A stretch of 64,000 nucleotides of DNA from Octopus bimaculoides (GCF_001194135.2 NC_068983.1:58713128-58777127); one strand, 5' to 3'; shown: positions 36,312 to 49,680, numbered from the stretch's first letter. The notes: generated by a model from the letters alone, not told the origin. Translations and numbers: made by a program.

Positions 36312-36640
36312 ACCTGAGTTCAAATCATGTCATTGGTGCTTTCGTGTGTTCCAAAACTGAGGACTCTTAGGGTTATTCTAAATACATTTGATGCACCTGG
36401 AGTTATTGCACCAGTGTACTCATAGGCTCAGAAACAGGGAGTGCAGGGGTGCAAGCGCAGCCCCTAAATTTTTTTTTCTGGAAGGGTCGGGGGCAATATA
36501 AATGCGTTGAACATCCTCCTGAGAAACTGGGTCTGTGTCCCCTCAGAAAACTTCGTTCTAGTACATATGAATAATATTCTCAGTTTTTCTCAAAGTTCCA
36601 ACATGAGATTGTAAATAGTCCAAGAGTTCAGCTTGAGTGC
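36312..36640. repeat. Right arm of the ~330-bp inverted repeat
   Basis: See 33895-34220. Confidence 0.8.
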
Positions 36641-36827
36641 TGACTTCATTTTGTATTTTTTCATAGCACACACAAATCACATTTGACATTTTTCAGTTCC
36701 AATAACAGAGAATATTCACCATATTTTCCTCATACCATTCTATTGACAAATATACAAGCGCGTATCTTTTCTGACTAATGGTCTGTTAGACGATGAAGAT
36801 ATATATATAAAATGTGTGTGGTGCGTA

Positions 36828-36929
36828 GTGTGTGTGCAGGCAGGCAGGCAGGCAGACAGGCAGGCAGACAGGCAGGCAGTTAGGTAGGCAGGTAGATTGG
36901 TAGACAGACAGACAGGCAGGCAGACAGAC

Positions 36930-36991
<62 letters not shown>

Positions 36992-37087
36992 GCAGGCAGA
37001 CAGAGAGACAGAAAGACAGATAGATAGACAGACAGAGAGAGAGAGACAGGCAGGCAGACAGACAGACAGGCAGGCAGACAGACAGAC

Positions 37088-37134
<47 letters not shown>

Positions 37135-37207
37135 CAGAAACAGACAGACAGGCAGGCAGGTAGACAGGCAGGCAGGCAGACACATAGACAGACAGAGACA
37201 GACAGAC

Positions 37208-37268
<61 letters not shown>
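36828..37268. repeat. Compound (GATA)n/(GACA)n/(GGCA)n tetranucleotide array
   Basis: Read directly. Abuts the 3' end of the Tx1-like LINE. Confidence 0.97.
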
Positions 37269-37600
37269 TGTTTCTTTATTGGCCACACAGGACTGAACAC
37301 AGAGGGGACAAAATACAATGTAGAGCTTTTCTTTTTTGGGAAGAAGAGAAGAAAAGAAGAAAGTGAATCAAATTTTGATCAAAAGGGATCGTGGAAGAAA
37401 AAAAAGGGTGTGGCTGATCAATAGGGATCATGTATCACAGAAATGTCAATGTAAAAAGGGAAAACAGATTAGGTTAATCCGTGGAAAGAAAAGCCTGCAG
37501 AAAAGACCACGGGAACCTTGGGCAATAGTGTAATGCAAGAAAAAATAACACGTTACAGTAAGTGGCTCTCTTTTTTCTTTTCTTTTTTTTTTTTTTTGGT

Positions 37601-39356
37601 TTATAGGACTATGCTCAAGCATATTAAGACCAATGCCACCCTTGCTACATTCAGCCATCTTATTTTGAAACATTCACTTGACAAAACTTCCCTCTCTACT
37701 CTCACCTTCCTCTTCAAGTGATACTTGAAGAAGTTGATGAGAGATTCACCAGAGAGGAAAGTGTTTGTCTCTAGACATTTCAGATGCGTCCACCATACAC
37801 ATTCTTTCGCCATAGCCACAAGTACGATGAAAATAGCTCTTCCTTCCCGTTTCAAGGAAGGAAGCGCGACAATATTCACGATAGACTCGGTTGATGAACC
37901 GACTCGTCCCACATGCGACAGCAGTGGTTTGACATAGGCCCACAGGTCATAAATGGTTGGACACTGTATGAGTGAGTGAAGGACGGTTTCGGCGCTCTGA
38001 CTGCATCTCGGACAAGACGTCTCCAAACAAGTCTAGCATACAACTGTAAAGTTCGTAGGGTAGACCATCCAAACCCAGCGATTTGTCCTTCGAGCATTCT
38101 GCCATCGCGTCCCGCACTTCCGCTGCCGTGATGGCACCTTCGCAGCACCCTGCCTCTCTTGTCGAGAGTCATGGCAGGCTGTGCAGGCAGGCACTGAAGT
38201 CCACCCTGCGTTCTTGCTCACCACTCATCCCGAACACTCGAGCAAAATGCTGTTGAAAGGCATGTGATGGTGGTGGTACTGGCATTCATGTTTACGTCTG
38301 TATTCATTCTTTTTAAATTCCCCTCCTCCGTCCTTCTTTCATCGACATGTGGTGTGGGGAGTGGTGGAAAATCCGTCAAAACGTTGGATGCGATGCCACT
38401 TCTAATCATCTCTTCTAGCTTCTTAACTAGGTCACCCTCTACTCTGTTTCTATCTATGGCTAGTGCTTTGCTTTACCTAATCACTTCTGCTTTTGTTGCT
38501 CTCTTGAGGGCAAACCACCATTTGTTGTTGATGATGGCTCCCATCAAAGCCCTCTTTACTAGCATGCTAATCTGGTCTCTGAAAATCTGTCTCGATGGGA
38601 AAGACGCGTTTAGTTTCCAGTACCTGAGACCCTGCCTATGTGTCTTATCTAAGTCTAGCGTACACGTCACAAGTTTGTGATCCGTGTAGCTGACTATGTG
38701 GAATTGTGGACACCCTACGCTATCACTATCTACTGTCCTACATAGTATCCTATCTAGATACGATCTCAACGACCCGATGCGGTTGCTCCATGTCCATGTT
38801 GGCACATTCGGGTGGTCAAATTGGTACCTCTCAGACAGTTGAAAGCATCTGAGCAGGTCTCTGAGGCATTTACAGCCTTATCTATTCCTATCTCTGCCCA
38901 TGTAGTCTACATGTGTGTCCAAGGTAGTATTCTAATCCCCCACTAAAAGTAAGGGACGAGACATTCCTAGGAATAGTTCTAGACGTCAAAAGAAATCCAG
39001 CCGACCTGTTAAAGGTGGTGCGTAGACTGATACGAGTCAAAAAGTATACCCATTGCTGCCGTTGATATCCAGGATGATCAGTCTACTCTCCAGGTCTACA
39101 AATATTGTCTTTACTTCGAGATCCAGACTCTTGTGGAAAAGTACTGCCGTGCCACTACCGCCCATTCTCGGCAGACAGGGAGAAAATAAATGTTAAACTG
39201 TCCGCCAAACATGGAGTTTAGGGCCCATGGATTATGGAGTCTGGTCTCACTTATGGTTATGATTTCTAACTTGTGTGACTTTATGTCATTTAAGAGTTAC
39301 CCTTGTTTCCAAGGGGACCCCAAGCCATGCACATTCACACAACCAATCTTGATCAT
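37601..39356 (-). pseudogene. LINE ORF2 remnant: APE endonuclease, RT domain-0 fragment, C-terminal zinc knuckle
   Basis: MIKIGCVNVHGL, IITISETRL, LVSVYAP, LLVGD*N, WTW..SYLDRI, TDHKLV, YWKLN. KSLGLDGLPYELY is then fused to CPRCSQSAETVLHSLIQCP near 38015. Confidence 0.88.
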
Positions 39357-39368
39357 AATCCTAGTGAG

Positions 39369-41562
39369 TTAAAACACAAATGAAAGGAACAGAGGGTTGC
39401 TTACTGCTCGAAAGTTTTTGCTTTCTCCTCCTTTGGTTTGTCGTCGAGGAGATCCCAATAAAGTTTTTTTCGAAAGGTATTTCTGGCATTTACCAACCGC
39501 ACCGGGGAACATGCCTTTTAGTGTGTGGTGCAGGCTTCGTGAGATGTGTAGTATTTTGATGTGCTTCGGTGGTGTTGTGTATGGGTGGTTGTTTGTTTTT
39601 ATGTCATCTTTTGTTAGGTTTGTTTTTGATTTGAAGTATTCCATCAACTCTGTGTTTTTAGTGTCTATGGCTGTGAGCATTTTGCTGTATGTATTTTTGT
39701 GGTGTTGGCGTTTTTGTTGCTATTGTTTGTGGTAGGTTTCGAAATGTCTTCGGGAATTGTATATCTCCCTGCTTTGTTCTCGTTTGCATTTGATTTGGTT
39801 CTTTTTTTTTTTTTGCTCCTTTTCTTCCTTCCTTTTCTGGCTATTTGCCATTCCTCACTGCTTTCATCTTCCAACAAAATTTCTGGGGAATCAGAAGTGG
39901 GTAGGGCCATGTTGTAGGCTTCTATGTATGTTTGTGTAAGTGATTGTGTTGTTGCTTTCGTTGATGTTGGTTGTTGATTGTTTGTGTGTGGTGTGTGCGG
40001 TATAGGGATGGGAAATTAGTTTTTGTATCTTTAGTTTGTTTTTCTGTTTCTTTGGCTCTTGCTGTTGTTGGTGATGTTGGTATTTTCTCAGGTATTTTTT
40101 CAGGTGTTGTATTATTTTTGATTGTTGATAGATTTGCTTGGTGTGCTTCAGTGTTGATGGTGTGCTTCTTGTCATTTTCTGTGTTGATTGTGGTGTGGGT
40201 AGTTGTGCTTTTTTCTCGGAGTGTTTTGGTTGTGGTGGTGGTTGTTGTTGTTGCTCTTGTTGTGCTGTGGTTGGACAATTCTTTTCAAATGTGTTTCGCT
40301 GCCGCACAGATAGCAGCGTGGCCGCCTGCCTGCCACCATTACATACAGTAGCTTTCTGGCAGTTCTATAGCAGTGGGTATCTTCTCTGTTGATGTTTCAC
40401 CAATTTGAAGAAGTAATAGAATTGTTTTTCCTTCCCAGTTTTGCTGTTCTAGAACAGCGATTTCGAGAATGCTTGTCTCTGCCATTTCAAAGCAGATGGC
40501 AGAGACCAGCCATTGTGTTCCTACTTCAGATGGCACATTTTTTATTGTGACTTTCGTCACCCTCTGGTCTAAATATGTCGGTATCATCACCAAGTCATCT
40601 GTATGCAGAGCCAATGTGGAAAATCTTTTCGCTAGATTTTCATTGTGGAAACGTATTTGGACTGTGCCAAATTTATACTACCAATTGACGTATTCCTTGT
40701 AAGCCCATACAGGGCAAAGGCATGTTTCTATTTTTTGCTGTGGTACAATTTCTGGTCGTTTTGTCTTCATGTTGATAACTTTGTATATGATTGGAATTTT
40801 TGTGTGTGTTCTCCATGATGTGTTGTGGAATGTGGAGATATAAACTATCTCCTTCCTTGGTGAGAAGCGCTTTTGTGTTGTTTATTTCTTGTGCAGTGAA
40901 TTTTATGATGGTTCTCTTTTGTTTTATCGATTCTACAAAGTTTGTTTTGTCTTTGGTGGTGGTGGTGGTGGTGGTGGTGGTGTTGGTAGCAGAGGTGTCA
41001 GTTGTAGAAGTTGAAGTTGGGCGGTGCTGTCTTTGGTGGACGGCTTTGTGCTGATTTCATTGTTGTTATTGTTGGTGATGGTGGTGGTACTGGCATTCAT
41101 GTTTACGTCGTCTGTATTTGTTCTTTTTAAATTCCTCTCCTCCATCCTTCTTTCATCGATATGTGGTGTGGGGAGTGGAGGAAAATCTAAGTTGATGTCT
41201 TTGGTGGCGGTGATGGTGGATGGCCTTGCAGCATTAGTTTTNNNNNNNNNNGATTCTACAAAGTTTGTTTTGTCTTTGGTGGTGGTGGTGGTGGTGGTGG
41301 TGGTGTTGGTAGCAGAGGTGTCAGTTGTAGAAGTTGAAGTTGGGCGGTGCTGTCTTTGGTGGACGGCTTTGTGCTGATTTCATTGTTGTTATTGTTGGTG
41401 ATGGTGGTGGTACTGGCATTCATGTTTACGTCGTCTGTATTTGTTCTTTTTAAATTCCTCTCCTCCATCCTTCTTTCATCGATATGTGGTGTGGGGAGTG
41501 GAGGAAAATCTAAGTTGATGTCTTTGGTGGCGGTGATGGTGGATGGCCTTGCAGCATTAGTT

Positions 41563-41594
<32 letters not shown>

Positions 41595-41684
41595 GGCGGT
41601 GGTGGTGACAGCAGTGTTCAAGCTGTGAGGTTCAGCAGCTAATGGCAGTGATAGCACCTCGCTAGTGTTCCTCATGACTTGCAT
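39369..41684 (-). pseudogene. LINE ORF1 remnant (low-complexity N-terminus, RRM-like region, CX2CX4HX4C knuckle)
   Basis: TVQIRF..KVTIKNVP. RPRCYLCGSETHL(K)KNCP at 40275-40315 with a 1-nt frameshift. Several stops and frameshifts. Confidence 0.75.
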
Positions 41685-41931
41685 GCTAGCCAGTGGTTTC
41701 CAGTCACCATTTTCGAAATGAAAGATGGCTAAAATGAAACCAAGAAAGCCTTCAAAATTTTGGAAATTTTGCCCACACAGGGGCGAAATTCTATTCTATG
41801 TAAATATTTATCTGGTTTTGTAGTGAATGTTCTTGCACAACTTTTAAACACAAAATATTTGACAATCAAGAGTTTTAAACATGTATAAGGCCAACTTAGG
41901 TGGCGCCCATTTGACTAGCGTCCATCAGGCG

Positions 41932-41932
<1 letters not shown>

Positions 41933-41995
<63 letters not shown>

Positions 41996-42007
41996 GGATA
42001 GATAGAT
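41933..42007. repeat. (GATA)n array at the 5' junction of the Tx1-like LINE
   Basis: Read directly. Confidence 0.98.
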
Positions 42008-42659
42008 GCAAAATTGATGGTGTTATCTTATTCTTACTTGATATTAATTTTCAAATAAACTGTTCTTTAACTGTGTTCATATAATGTACAGCTTTTGTAT
42101 CACAGATTCCCCACTTGTTGGCAAAAATGGGAGAATTCTAACTTCAATTATTTCAATTATTGAAATGTAACTTGAGGTAGCTAACATGTCCCTTTAAATT
42201 TGCTTGTTTAAAACATCAATTTCTTTTACACCAAACTCATATGCGTGGGATGAACATATNNNNNNNNNNNNNNNNNNNNNNNNNNNNNNNNNNNNNNNNN
42301 NNNNNNNNNNNNNNNNNNNNNNNNNNNNNNNNNNNNNNNNNNNNNNNNNNNNNNNNNNNNNNNNNNNNNNNNNNNNNNNNNNNNNNNNNNNNNNATATAT
42401 ATATATATATATATATAATACAAATAAGAGAGAGAGAGAGATTCTTACCTACATGCATACACACACACATTATTATTCAATTATTTAGTTTTACTTCTAG
42501 GTTTCCTACAATTGAGAAAGGGTCAACTGGTTTCTAACCTAAAATCAAAAGCCCCTTCAATAAAATTTCAAAAATGTCAGCAGAGTACTTGTGCATATAT
42601 TTGTGTATATGCACGCGTATTTGGAGACATGTATGCATACATGTGTGTTTAAAATATGG

Positions 42660-43148
42660 ACTGTAGGGCGACATGCCATGCCTGAGGAGACCTATTGAGT
42701 CAAATACATCAACATTGAATGAAATCAAATCACAATCAAATGGAAATTGCAGTTGTGGTTCACATGCCAGTACATAAAAAGCACCATCGGAACGTGGTCG
42801 ATGCTAGCCCCTCACCTCAACTGGCTTCTGTGCCTGTGGCACGTAAAGAGCCCCATCTGAATGTGGCCGATGACAGCACCACCTTGACTAGCTCTTGTGC
42901 CGGTGGCACATAAAAGCACCATCCAATTGTGGTTGATGCCAGCCCTCTCTGGCCCCTGTGCTGGTGGCACGTAAAAAAGAACCCACTAGACTCTTGGAGT
43001 GGTTGGCGTTAGGAAGGGCATCCAGCTGTAGAAACATTGCCAGATCATATTGGAGCCTGGTGTAGCCATCTGGTTCACCAGTCCTCAGTCAAATCGTCCA
43101 ACCCATGCTAGTATGGAAAGCTACGTTAAACGATGATGTTGATGATGA
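42660..43148 (+). mobile_element. RTE LINE 3' UTR fragment
   Basis: About four CAC(G/A)TAAAAAGC units, conserved 3' end, GAT-type tail. Confidence 0.85.
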
Positions 43149-44056
43149 TATATATATATATATATATATACTCTCTGCTGTTTTTAATTCTTTGAATTCT
43201 TCGCCTGAAGAAGGAGATGGTTTCTAACAAAGATATAGATGTCCATCACTGGAATGTCACATTTTAGACTTGAGTAAAGTCTTGCAGAGTTTTACTGTTC
43301 CACATTTGTATTTGTAATGTGCAAGTTAAATTTCTTTTGGTAAATTTGTTGGTAAATTTCTTTTTCTGAAAATCCTAGCTTGTCTAGAATGTCACTTAGA
43401 CATTTACTAAAAAAATAAGTGTACTAATTATTATTGCTATAAAAGTGAATTTATAATCTCGATATAGAAGCTGGAGGTTTTGGAGCAGCTGTCCATAGAT
43501 AATCTCTTCCCTTTGATTTTCAAAGAGATATTCTCACCAGCAGTAAAGCAAACCTCTATGACAGTACATGCCTTTTCTTGTCTGTTATGTTTACCCATGG
43601 ACATGTTTTGATAGCAATGTTTCACCTGAGTTCCTTGTGATAACACGTGTTATTCTCTATATTTATTCCAGAACAGTTTTTTTTTACTGAATAGCATGTC
43701 ATGTTGTTTTTGCCATAACGTTGTGTAACATATGGAGGTAGTACCTTGACATTTTTGTGTTGCAGCTAATGGCATGTGTGATGTCTTCCACTTAAATATG
43801 ATATAATCTACATTTACGGTTGCATCATGGAGCTCCGAGAGCTTTACTGTCTCTTTTGTTTATTAGGTATTTCGTAACAATCTCCTGTTCCTGGATTGCA
43901 AATGCATAACCTTCAAAGTGTGATGTGATGTAGCGGTCATGAATTCAAGTGACGCTACGCTTCACGTCAATATTACTATCTTCTTCAAGCTCTCGGTAAA
44001 CATACCCCTGCATAGTCTTTTTTGTTTTGTTTTGGAATGCTGAGCGATTCACATTG

Positions 44057-44090
<34 letters not shown>

Positions 44091-44421
44091 TGTATGTATA
44101 TATGTATGTATGTATATATGTTATCAATCAGTTTCATTTCTGTATTTCTTGTCCATAGAGAAAGAGCCGGACTCTAACAGATTCAAGGCTCCTTCATTGG
44201 AACGTTTATCAACATCATCTAGGTATTTGTGCATATGTGTGTGTGTGCAGTATTTGGTGTTAGTGTATGCGCAGATTTGTATGTTTGTTTTATGGATGCG
44301 TTTTATGTATATATTTTCATGTCATGGCGTATGCATATGTATTTATGCGCAGATTTGTATGTTTGTTTTATGGATGCGTTTTTATGTATATATTTTCATG
44401 TCTAGATGCATGCATATGTAT

Positions 44422-44660
44422 TTATGTGCTAAATTTTTGGAAAGTTTTACATATCTTTACAGTTCCATTGATGGCTTGAATCTGTAGTCTTCTAATCAGC
44501 CTTTTTCTTTCAGGTTTTGAGAACCCTGATTTTTCCAGGTTTTTGTTGAGGCAGTTCGTTACATATCCCAATGCCCCAACAATCACGGGTATGAATCTGA
44601 ACTTGTAGTCTGGGTGGAGTATCTGCAAATTTCTCAGTAGCTCGGCGTAGTTGTTCTCTG
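44422..44660 (-). mobile_element. RLE-type LINE C-terminal fragment (family distinct from the R4/Dong-like copies)
   Basis: ENNYAELLRNLQILHPDYKFRFIPVIVGALGYV..QIQAINGTVKICKTFQKF. Truncated by a (GTAT)n array. Confidence 0.7.
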
Positions 44661-44964
44661 TATGTATGTATGTATGTATGTATGTATGTATGTATGTATA
44701 TGTGAATTGTGTGTGAAAGTGTAAGGCCGTGCGTTGAAAACGTGACTGTTTTTCTTCTGTTTTAAATGCATAATTTCTTAGATATATTGATTTCATCCTT
44801 TATTGCTTGTATTGAAATGGTAAAAACTGAACTGTTATTTTTGATCCCTTGGCAACATCTGATTAAGCAGACGTATGATCAAAGGCGTCCCAGCCGTGAG
44901 CATCCTGTCGTTCTATATTGTTTGTTAGACAACATTATTCGATGTCTTTTCTGTATTCTGAATT

Positions 44965-45165
44965 AACTCTTTTAATGTTTGAGTCATTGAACTGCGGCCA
45001 TACAAATTAACTGCCTTGTATTGTTGGCTGAACACATCGTCTCCAGTATTTATCTTAAGTCTGGTACTTATTCCACTGGTCTCTTTTGTCAAACCGCTAA
45101 GCTACGGTGAGATAAACAAACCATCAGTTGCCGAGCAGTGGGGGTGGAGGGATAAACACAAATAT
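44965..45165 (-). mobile_element. SINE-A 3' half, degenerate
   Basis: CTGGTACTTATT..GGTCTCTTTTGTCAAACCGCTAAG. Confidence 0.7.
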
Positions 45166-45187
45166 ACTTACATGAACAAACAAACAA

Positions 45188-45219
<32 letters not shown>

Positions 45220-46159
45220 ACACACATACATACATACGTACGTACGTACGTACATACATACATACATACATACATATATACATACATACAAACATACAGA
45301 CATACATATATACGTACATACATATATATGAATAAAATCAACATAAGCAACAGGATATCAAATAGTGATGCAGTACGACCGTTTCAAGCGGCTTCATTTA
45401 ATTGAGCAATGGAATCATTACATCAATTTAAATGCAGTGCCATCTTCAGCTGCACAAATAAACAAATAGAATTTAAACAAGTAAGACACATTAATATAAT
45501 TTTTCTCAAATATTTTATCAGAGCGAGAAGATGGAAGAAATTCGTGTTGTCACTATTGTAGCTGAGAATAAACTACACTTCCAAGAATTGCATGAAACCT
45601 ATTGGGGTCATAGTAATGTAAGGGACTGTAATTCACTTCTAATTCATTTCTCGCTTTATCAACTACTAAATCTAAGACTAGAAGACTATGTCTATTTTGA
45701 ATAAAGAACAAGAGTGAGTTGACAGCCCATGGCTAGGTATGGTCATAAATATTATCATATATGTATATATGTGTGTACGTGTGTGTATAAGAAGGCAAGT
45801 ACTTGAAAAGGTAAATACAGATTACATATGTAACTCGTAACACATACAAAAGAAATTTACATATTAAGCTTAGCTTTGAAGCATATGTAGTCATTATTTA
45901 ACTTTTCCATTCCATACACTCTTTGTTTTATATTCACATCATGGGCAATTTTCGTTGCTAAACTGTGAGTTGTATGGTGGCTGTCGACCTATTGAAATTT
46001 CCCTCCATTGTGATATGGGGCAAAGTACATAACATACGTCAGTTATCAAAATTTCTTCATCATATATTATCCAGTTTTTGTCATCGATACAGGCTGCATG
46101 CATGCTTGATATTTATTCACTTCCTGTACCACGATCATTTAGGATCGTGCTCCGCTATA

Positions 46160-46722
46160 GCTCAGTCTGTGTATGTGTGTATGCATATATATGTGAGTGT
46201 ATATGTGTATATGTACATATATGTGGGTATGTGTGAATATATGTGTGTGTGTGTGTGTATGTGCATATATGTGTGTATATATATGTGTGTGTATGTATGT
46301 CTATGTATATACATGTGTGTGTATGTATTTGTTTATATGCATATGTGTGTGTATATATGTGTGTGTGTGTGTGTGTATATGTATGTGTGTGTATATGTAT
46401 TTGTATATATGTGTGTGTGTTTGTATGTGTGTATATGTATATATGTGTGTGTATATGTGTGTATATATGTATATATATATATGTGTGTGTGTGCGTGTGT
46501 GTGTGTGTTTATCTGTGTATGTGTGTATACGCATACACATATATGTTTGTCTTTGTGTGCATGTGTATATGCACGTGTTTGTGTATGTATATATCTGTAT
46601 CTGTATTTATGTATGTATACGTATATGCGTATGTGTGTGCATGTGTGCATATGTATATACGTCTGTGTATGTATGTATGTATGTATGTATGTATGTATGT
46701 ACGTATGTATGTATGTATGTAC
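46160..46722. repeat. Long compound TG/TA/GTAT microsatellite
   Basis: Read directly. Confidence 0.95.
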
Positions 46723-46863
46723 GTGACGGGCTTCTTACAGGTTCCAACTACCAAATTCATTCCTTCACAAGGCATTGGTCAACAGGGGGTTATAGCAGAA
46801 TATACTTATCCCAGAAGCCATGCTTAAGAATCGAACCTTATAATCACACAGCCATGCCTTCAC
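46723..46863 (-). mobile_element. SINE-A head, degenerate
   Basis: GACGGGCTTCTT..CACAAGGC..ACACAGCCATGCC. Confidence 0.6.
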
Positions 46864-47394
46864 CCAACCCATTTAAGACTATAGAATGTGATTTTGAGAG
46901 AGATTTAGCTGTTAATTCTTGCAGATTGCATGTCCTGTATAGAGATTCCATCACTGTCCTAAATACAAAGGTGTTTCACATAAAATAGCTGTGCTTTGTG
47001 TATTCAATACACAGAATTAATTTCGAAATTTCTGTATGTGCTCTCCAGATATGAATGAATATTGTCTATTGTTTCTGCCTGCTCCGGTTTGACGTCACAT
47101 TCCACTTGACCTATAGATTTTAAAAGTCATACATGAGACTATTGTTGTTTTAAAGCATCAGCTGTTGTCTTCTGAATGTTGGCAACTCTTATGAGGACAG
47201 GACACAGTTGTTGTTGTTGTTGTCGTTGTCGTTTTTCTTATAATGAAACATGGTTTCTACACTGTTTCTGTGTGGTATTTGTTGACGCTGTTTAACCTCA
47301 GCTATTCACCTCTGATCAAGAAGACTGATCAAATATATTTCAGCTGTGATCATTCTCTCTTCAGTCTTTTGTGCTGAGAACCAAAGAGTATATG

Positions 47395-47583
47395 GATTTC
47401 AAATTTTAGCACAAGGCCAGCAATTACGGGAGAGCGGACTCGAATTGTAGTTATTTTATCAACACGGATGGATTGAAAGGTAAAGTTGACCTCGATGGAA
47501 TTTGAACTCAGAACATAAAGACGGATGAAATGCTGCTAAGCATTTTGCCCGGTGATCTAACGATTCAGCCAGATCACCAACTT
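47395..47583 (-). mobile_element. SINE-C variant
   Basis: GGAATTTGAACTCAGAAC..GCTAAGCATTTTGCCCGG..; tail variant GCTGGCCTTGTGCTAAAATTTGA. Confidence 0.75.
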
Positions 47584-47643
47584 CACCCAAGAATATATTA
47601 CTCTAATGTGTCCATTTCTAAAATACAAGACTATCATAAACAA

Positions 47644-47942
<299 letters not shown>

Positions 47943-48163
47943 AGACCCAGCCTTTCCTCTGCGTGTTGTATTAGTTGAGGCAGGATTTGCACCCTGACCT
48001 CGTAAAACCCTCACTGGCAACGACTACCTAAACGGAATCATGGATTTGAGGGTTGCTGCCTGAGTTGTGCAAAGGTATCGTCCGCAAACAGTAGAGAAAC
48101 ACCAACAAATAGTGGATGCAGCAACATGTTGTTAAAGCACATGCCTTCGTACTTCTGCTGCTG

Positions 48164-48196
<33 letters not shown>

Positions 48197-48230
48197 ATAC
48201 TAATACTACTACTACTACTAATAATAATAC

Positions 48231-48262
<32 letters not shown>

Positions 48263-48949
48263 TCCAGCTCAATATGCCATTTCTGTACCAGTGTTGAGTT
48301 ACAACATATTATCCAAGCAGGGATAGGATATAGACTGTTATAAACATGAGTAAGTATAATATTAGAATAATCACAAAATTAATTGCTGTAAATTTGAATC
48401 GACCATTATACTTCATTTGCCAAAAGAGAAGAGAAGATTATGCAAATAAGAATTTGTTAAATAACCACTTGAAATGTGCGTATTAAATGTATTTGAAACA
48501 ACAGTGTTTGGTTTTCTGATCATTCTAATGCACGTACGCACCCATCTACACACACACAAACACACACACACAAACACACACACACAAACACACACACACA
48601 AACACACACACACACACAAACACACACGTATATATGTATATGTGTATGTATGCGTGCACAATATACGTGTACGTGCATGCATACATATAAATGTGTAAGC
48701 TCTAATGTTTAAAATTAAAATTTATGTCTCAATTTTTGTAACATCATGTAAACGCATATATTTATAAAATCCTTACGCAAAGGAGCATAAAGTATTTTAT
48801 AAGGAACAAGCAGAAAAACAATGTTCGGATATCTTGGTGGGGGNNNNNNNNNNNNNNNNGGGGGGGGGGGGTCATGAATATCATATATTCATAGATAAGT
48901 ACAGCAAATCATTGAATTCTCTACAAACCCCCCTCTAGAATTATACAAA

Positions 48950-48988
<39 letters not shown>

Positions 48989-49138
48989 TGATGTATGTAT
49001 ATATTTACATATGTATGTATTGACAGATATGTAGGTAAGTAGGTGGGTTGGTGTTATAAGTTTATGCATGGAGATGTTTGTATGTATATGTGTAGGCATA
49101 TCCATACACATACACAAACACATGCATATATATATATC

Positions 49139-49188
<50 letters not shown>

Positions 49189-49207
49189 GTGTGTATACAT
49201 CCATATA

Positions 49208-49282
49208 CAGAGTGGCCCCAAAGTAGGTTTACAGTTATCCCGTAGGCACTTTAGAATTTTTTTAAAACATTTTATTACATTA
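49208..49282. mobile_element. Solo terminal fragment of the Tc1/mariner-type MITE family (12764-13164)
   Basis: TA-CAGAGTGGCCCCAAAGTAGGTTTACAGTTATC..TAGGCACTTT..TTTTATTACATT. Confidence 0.75.
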
Positions 49283-49304
49283 AAATTTCTATCTTGCAAG
49301 GGTT

Positions 49305-49626
49305 CTTTACTGTGGCCCCGGGCCGACCACTGCGTTGTAAGTGAATTTGTTTGACAGAATGAGTGTGGAATCCTTTTGTGTATATTATACACACGTGAAT
49401 GTGTGTGTGTCTCTTACTATCTGTCTTTAACACCAACTCGCCATTTGTCAACCGGTGCTGGTTTGTTTACCTTCCCATAACATAGCGGTTCGGCAAAAGA
49501 ACACAATAGAATAAACACCAGTCTTTAAAAACGAGTAGGTACTGGAATCGACTTGTTCAACTAAAACCCTCCAAGTCGGTGCCCCAGCATGGGCTACGGT
49601 CCAATGAGTGAAACAAATAAAAGATA
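49305..49626 (+). mobile_element. SINE-A-related subfamily, 5'-truncated
   Basis: GGGCCGACC.., GCGGTTCGGCAAAAGA, GGTGCCCCAGCATGG, GAAACAAATAAAAGATAA. Confidence 0.7.
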
Positions 49627-49680
49627 ACACGCGCATACATGCATACGTTGGTGCGCATACTAACTCGTATATTATATTTA

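Larger units (their letters stand above)
37269..41932 (-). mobile_element. L1/Tx1-clade LINE with both ends preserved but the RT deleted, flanked by (GATA)n on both sides
   Basis: ~250-bp 5' UTR, ORF1, ORF2 ATG at 39356 just after the ORF1 stop (39369-71), APE motifs, C-terminal CCHC, 3' UTR with AATAAA (37275-80) running directly into (TATC)n. Confidence 0.9.

Noticed and set aside
40937-41560. Apparent ~320-bp tandem duplication in LINE ORF1
   Set aside because: Identical sequence on both sides of a 10-N gap (41242-41251) is an unmerged contig overlap. The same pattern occurs at 7064, 22467 and 59315.
43200-43230. CCTGAAGAAGG hammerhead-like start
   Set aside because: No stem II or GAAA box follows.
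45965-46988. ORFs of 250+ aa (CVCVYM..)
   Set aside because: Stop-free dinucleotide microsatellite. The same applies to 36740-37318 and the many HT/CV/YI ORFs.
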